Below, piece by piece: positions 16,043-20,000 of a stretch of DNA of 20,000 nt. The DNA is from an uncultured virus (IMG/VR IMGVR_UViG_3300022853_000024) (lineage: Duplodnaviria > Heunggongvirae > Uroviricota > Caudoviricetes). The stretch lies in IMG/VR virus record IMGVR_UViG_3300022853_000024. One strand, written 5' to 3'. Under the pieces are notes generated by a model that searched no databases, had not been told where the DNA came from, and worked only from the letters and a program-made list of their open reading frames with translations. Both the position numbers and the translations under genes were made by a program. Position 1 is the first letter of the stretch, and every line of letters starts with the position of its first letter.

Positions 16043-16477
16043 CTATATTGCCTTGTTGTAATTTTTAAGTTCTTCTTTTAGGATTCTTGAACCACCAACT
16101 CTTACATTGATGATACCGTTGTAGTATTCGTCGGATTCTAATACTCGTCTTTCGAATTGTTCCCGAGCTTCGAGATAACTCATTACGCCTCTAGTTTTGC
16201 AAATGTACAATATTTCTCTTGTAAACTTGTCTTCGCCTAATTCTGCCACGTCAGCATTCAGATGATCTGAGGAACCCCAATATTCTTTCCAGTCAGATTC
16301 AACTTTGCTTCTACGTTTGTTTATCCTGCCTTTAAGTGGCGGACGTGTCTTCTTGAATTTTGCTAATTTTTTACCCACATACCGTTTACCATTGGTTGTG
16401 TTTGTGATCAAATACACAAATCCTTCACAGTCTTCCGGCAATGTTTGAATGGGTTTACCCTGATAAGTCCATGGCAT
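16043..16477 (-). CDS. GIY-YIG family endonuclease (stand-alone catalytic domain), 144 aa
   Basis: GFVYLITNTTNGKRYVGKK (GIY...YIG variant), YWGSS, FTREIL, conserved Glu in YLEAREQ and YYN. Confidence 0.8.
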   Translation of the reverse strand: MPWTYQGKPIQTLPEDCEGFVYLITNTTNGKRYVGKKLAKFKKTRPPLKGRINKRRSKVESDWKEYWGSSDHLNADVAELGEDKFTREILYICKTRGVMSYLEAREQFERRVLESDEYYNGIINVRVGGSRILKEELKNYNKAI

Positions 16478-16484
16478 ATGGACA

Positions 16485-16490
16485 TACTTA
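16485..16490 (-). promoter_or_regulatory. Possible late promoter variant TAAGTA
   Basis: GTAAGTA 7 nt upstream of the GIY-YIG ATG, which lacks an RBS. Confidence 0.35.
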
Positions 16491-16494
16491 CTGA

Positions 16495-16713
16495 TTATTT
16501 TTTTCGCTGTTGCTGTTTGTGGATCTTGGACACTTTATATTGTTCTTCTAGCTCTTTACGTCTAAGACGTGCCAAAATTCTAATTTCTGCCAGTGCCAAT
16601 CTAGCGGCAACTTTTGTGGCAAGGCTTTGCCTCTTGGCAAACAACTCGTTTGCTTTAAAATACGCCATGTATGCTTGGGTCAGTTTGTCGTGAGTATCAT
16701 CTTGAATGGTCAT
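16495..16713 (-). CDS. Small basic protein, possibly histone H1-like (Hc1-type) DNA-binding protein, 72 aa
   Basis: ATG 16713 overlaps the end of gp46; YFKANELFAKRQSLATKVAARLALAEIRILARLRRKELEE resembles the Hc1 pattern. Confidence 0.5.
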   Translation of the reverse strand: MTIQDDTHDKLTQAYMAYFKANELFAKRQSLATKVAARLALAEIRILARLRRKELEEQYKVSKIHKQQQRKK

Positions 16714-18481
16714 TTGTTTCCACATCGTTGGCATATGCTGTGAAGCCGTTTTCTTTAACAACTCTAAGCACGTTGTTCACTCTGCCCATTAATTCATCTT
16801 TATGAGATATCAAAAATATGTTTTTGCCTGATTCTCTGCTCATTTTTTTTAGAATAGCCAAACTGCTTTCAACTCCTGCTGAATCCATACCAGAATCTAT
16901 CAATTCATCTAAAAACAACAAGTTAATTTTTTGATACAAGTTTTCCCATACATCTCTAAAAGCAAAACTTAAACCTAAAATTAATCTATTTCTTTCACCT
17001 CTACTCAGATTGTCAAAGTCTAGTTCTTGTCCCAGTTGAGTGATCTCCACACTTAAATCATTTTTAAATGTGACCAAGTGTGGAAGACCCAATTGATCCA
17101 AGTAGTGAGTTAACCTGTTGTTCAAAAAGGTTAAGTTTTGATCAATTATTTTTTTCCTTATGAAGGAATCTTTGTTTGTTAACAGTTTGTGTAAAAATTC
17201 TTGATGTTCTTTTAATTTTTGCAGTGTATTTGCTGTGTCCCAATCTATTTTTTGTACTGCTTGATTTTTTAATTCATCTATTTGATCTAGATATGGATTA
17301 GCATCTTCTTTTTTGTTAACAAGTGCTGTGTTGATTGATTCCACATATTGTCTGTGATCATATACTTCTTTTATGGTATCATAGTATGTGTCGGGTCTTT
17401 GATCCAAATCGCCCACTGCTTCGATGTCTTTTACAGTTTGTTCCAATTGTTGTGCTAATTCCATCACATAACTGTTGGATTCTCCATATTCTTCTTCCAA
17501 AGTTTTCTGCATTTGTTCTATTTTATCTTGAGGCAGATCCTGACCACAAGCATAACAAGTGGCTTTGTGATTAAGTTTTTCTAGATCATCATACAATTTT
17601 TTTGCTGTCTTATCTGCTTGTTCGATGGTCGATTCCAAACCAGCTCTGTCTTTTTGCAATTGTTTTAACGCATCGTTCAGTTTTGTCCAATCTTCAAATT
17701 TTTGATGTGCTTCTAATTCTTTATCAATGTCTACACTTTCTAACTCTTTTAAGTTTTTTTCTAATTTTTCTATGTCTGTGGTGTTCTGATTTTGCCAAGC
17801 ACTGCTTTTGTTGTTTAAACTGTGAATTGTTTCTTCTACTTTTTCATTGCTAATTTTTAAACCTTCTAAACGTGCTGTTTCCAGTGCTATGTCTTCTTTT
17901 GAACGTTTGATGTGTGTTTTTAAGATGTCTGCTTTCTCAGACAACAACTGAATTCCTAATAGTTGTTCAATTATTTCTTGTTGTTCATTGTTGTGTAAAC
18001 TTAAAAAAGGTTGAGTGTATGTGTTCAAAGCCACAATGTGTTTGAACATTTTTGGATTCATTCCAATCATTCTGTTTAGGTCTTCTTGTGTTTTACGTGA
18101 ATCGCCTTGACTGACATCTGATAATTCTTGCTCTTGATCGTCTATGTAATATTTCATTACATTAGGTTTTCTTCCACGCTCCACTCTGTAATTTACACCA
18201 TCTTTTTCAAATGCTATTGTGACCAACATAGCCTTGCCGTTGGTTTTGTTCACTAGGTTGTCTTTACGTATCTTGGTAAGTGCTTCACCATACAATGCGT
18301 AACTCAGTGCATTAACAATGGTGGTTTTACCTGTACCATTACGTGACCCTGCATCATCACCTCCCATGTCTAAGTTTTCACCCAACACCAATGTTAACAA
18401 TTTTTGTTGAAAGTCTATTGCTTGGGTTTGATTACCCACACTCATAAAGTTTTTTACAGTAAGTGTTTTAATCAGTATCAT
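16697..18481 (-). CDS. gp46: Recombination endonuclease ATPase subunit (gp46, Rad50/SbcC-like), 594 aa
   Basis: KNFMSVGN, Walker A NGTGKTT, coiled coil with CYAC zinc hook, signature LSRGE, Walker B LLFLDE, ISH. Confidence 0.95.
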   Translation of the reverse strand: MILIKTLTVKNFMSVGNQTQAIDFQQKLLTLVLGENLDMGGDDAGSRNGTGKTTIVNALSYALYGEALTKIRKDNLVNKTNGKAMLVTIAFEKDGVNYRVERGRKPNVMKYYIDDQEQELSDVSQGDSRKTQEDLNRMIGMNPKMFKHIVALNTYTQPFLSLHNNEQQEIIEQLLGIQLLSEKADILKTHIKRSKEDIALETARLEGLKISNEKVEETIHSLNNKSSAWQNQNTTDIEKLEKNLKELESVDIDKELEAHQKFEDWTKLNDALKQLQKDRAGLESTIEQADKTAKKLYDDLEKLNHKATCYACGQDLPQDKIEQMQKTLEEEYGESNSYVMELAQQLEQTVKDIEAVGDLDQRPDTYYDTIKEVYDHRQYVESINTALVNKKEDANPYLDQIDELKNQAVQKIDWDTANTLQKLKEHQEFLHKLLTNKDSFIRKKIIDQNLTFLNNRLTHYLDQLGLPHLVTFKNDLSVEITQLGQELDFDNLSRGERNRLILGLSFAFRDVWENLYQKINLLFLDELIDSGMDSAGVESSLAILKKMSRESGKNIFLISHKDELMGRVNNVLRVVKENGFTAYANDVETNDHSR

Positions 18482-19487
18482 TGTTTAAATCTCTATATAT
18501 TTTAAGCAAAACAGATTTATCAAATGCATCAGACTCAATTGTTTCAATTTCTTTAGAGACAATTTGATCCACACTTTCAAATTTTGTGATATCAAGTTCT
18601 GTGTTTATTTCTTCTTCTTGTTTGCTTGGGATTAATGTCATTTCTCTACAATTATATTCCTTCATAAAAGTCTCTTTGATATAACTGGCTTCTTCAAAAC
18701 TGATGTCTATGTCTAATGTAACTCGTAGATGCATCTTCTTTTTCATAATTTCTTTGGTTTTGTCCAACAGTGTGCTTAATTTTACATTTCTGTACTTGGG
18801 ACAATTATCCCAGTTGAAATAAACAGGCTCTGTGCCATGTTCTAATATCATCATGCCTCGGTCATCGTCATCGACATCTGCATAATTGTGTGGAAAAGGA
18901 TTGCCCAAATAATGAATATTGTTTTTGACCTGTCTTTTATGAAAGTGTCCAGAGAACACATACTCTTGTTTTTTGAAATCGCTCGCTCGTAACTCTCCTG
19001 TGTCAGGCATTTCCACCATTGCGTTCATAAAGAAGTTGGGTAATTCAAAGTGACCAAACATATATTTGCATTCCATGTTGCCAACTTTTTTCCATTCATT
19101 GTCTATTAACCACGGCACTAATATAGTGTCACCTATTTTTGTAATTTTGTTAACCATGGTAATTCCTGGAATAAATCTGCCAAATTCTACAGATTGTATA
19201 TCTCTGCTGTCTTTGTAATATAAATCATGATTGCCTGGAAAAAAATAAAAGTTATCAAATGCTTTTCCTAATTTTTCTAAACATCTTATGGAAGCATCCA
19301 TAGTGGTTATGTTCACACTGTTTCTGTTGTGATGCCAGTCACCACAAAATAATCCTGTTTCACATCCGTGTTTTTTTGCTAACTCGATATACCAATCAAC
19401 GAATTCCTCACAGTCATCGTTGTGTAATTTAGAATTGGATTTCAATCCGAAATGAATATCGGTGAAAACTGCTAATTTTTTGAACAA
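18468..19487 (-). CDS. gp47: Recombination endonuclease nuclease subunit (gp47, Mre11/SbcD-like), 339 aa
   Basis: Metallophosphoesterase motifs DIHFG, GDWHH, GNHD, GHFE, SGHFH; TTG start with AGGAG RBS; adjacent to gp46. Confidence 0.95.
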   Translation of the reverse strand: MFKKLAVFTDIHFGLKSNSKLHNDDCEEFVDWYIELAKKHGCETGLFCGDWHHNRNSVNITTMDASIRCLEKLGKAFDNFYFFPGNHDLYYKDSRDIQSVEFGRFIPGITMVNKITKIGDTILVPWLIDNEWKKVGNMECKYMFGHFELPNFFMNAMVEMPDTGELRASDFKKQEYVFSGHFHKRQVKNNIHYLGNPFPHNYADVDDDDRGMMILEHGTEPVYFNWDNCPKYRNVKLSTLLDKTKEIMKKKMHLRVTLDIDISFEEASYIKETFMKEYNCREMTLIPSKQEEEINTELDITKFESVDQIVSKEIETIESDAFDKSVLLKIYRDLNNDTD

Positions 19488-19508
19488 AATAATCTCCTAC
19501 TTTTCTTA

Positions 19509-19537
19509 AGAATACACGAAAGTGTTGTATTTGTCAA
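19509..19537 (-). promoter_or_regulatory. Sigma70-type promoter for gp47-gp46
   Basis: Minus strand TTGACA-N17-TATTCT. Confidence 0.7.
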
Positions 19538-20000
19538 CTACTTTTTTGTTTTTTTGCTAACTTTGGTTTTTGCCGCTGATTTTGGTGCACCCGTATCGCC
19601 CGAAGTCTGTCTACTCATACTGGGCATCATGTTGTTAATTTCCAAAATATCATCTCTTATGTTTTGATTACGTTTTTCGATATTAATAATTCTAACAAAT
19701 GAGTTTGTAACTGCCGCTGTGTAGTAAGCAAACGGATTGTCTGATTTTGATTCATCAAACTGTAAACCAATCTGAGCCAATTGCAGTATGGCTTGTCCTT
19801 GCATTTCGTCATTATAAGTGTAACCTCTCACATTACCTCTGGTGCCATAACGTTCACACAGTTTCATCCACATTCTTGCCAGTTCATTTGTGGCTCTGCC
19901 AGTGTCTTTATCGAATTTGCCGTTTTCCATTCCACCCTGCCAATGACTTTTGCCCACACATATTAGGTTGCCTTTTTTGTCATACTTCCAATGTTGGAAT
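19538..20000 (-). CDS. gp55: Late-transcription sigma factor (gp55-like), 5' end outside the window
   Basis: RGYTYNDEM, FDESKSDNPFAYYT, NSFVRIINIEK motifs; frame open to the window edge; T4 gene order 55-47-46. Confidence 0.88.
   Translation of the reverse strand, partial: FQHWKYDKKGNLICVGKSHWQGGMENGKFDKDTGRATNELARMWMKLCERYGTRGNVRGYTYNDEMQGQAILQLAQIGLQFDESKSDNPFAYYTAAVTNSFVRIINIEKRNQNIRDDILEINNMMPSMSRQTSGDTGAPKSAAKTKVSKKTKK

Noticed and set aside
15830..16081. 83-aa plus-strand ORF across the element
   Set aside because: Non-ATG start, atypical composition, overlaps the GIY-YIG gene antisense.
1..20000. Stop-codon reassignment, inteins or introns in core genes
   Set aside because: Core genes are intact at expected lengths in the standard code and TAA, TAG and TGA all serve as stops; no intein motifs seen.

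Overview
AT-rich segment of a large T4-like (myovirus-type) phage genome, most genes on the minus strand. It runs from a gp55-like late sigma factor (partial), gp47/gp46 recombination nuclease, a small basic protein and a GIY-YIG nuclease, through a divergent baseplate-hub/tail-chaperone pair and a tape-measure-like gene, into the head module (gp20 portal, acidic core protein, gp21 protease, gp22 scaffold, gp23 major capsid) and several beta-rich virion proteins. The most notable items are: (1) two tetrapyrrole-pathway genes in a phage, a porphobilinogen synthase (hemB) with intact catalytic motifs but no N-terminal arm, in a sigma70-driven cassette after the capsid terminator, and a HemD-like gene; (2) a ~380 nt, GC-enriched, hairpin-dense non-coding element directly downstream of the GIY-YIG gene; (3) a probable -1 ribosomal frameshift (A AAT TTT TTC) fusing the gp26-like gene to an unannotated gp51-like frame, resembling lambda G/GT; (4) a glycosyltransferase-like gene inside the head module; (5) a structured late leader and apparently leaderless late genes. 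All family assignments are from motif recognition by eye; no database search was run.
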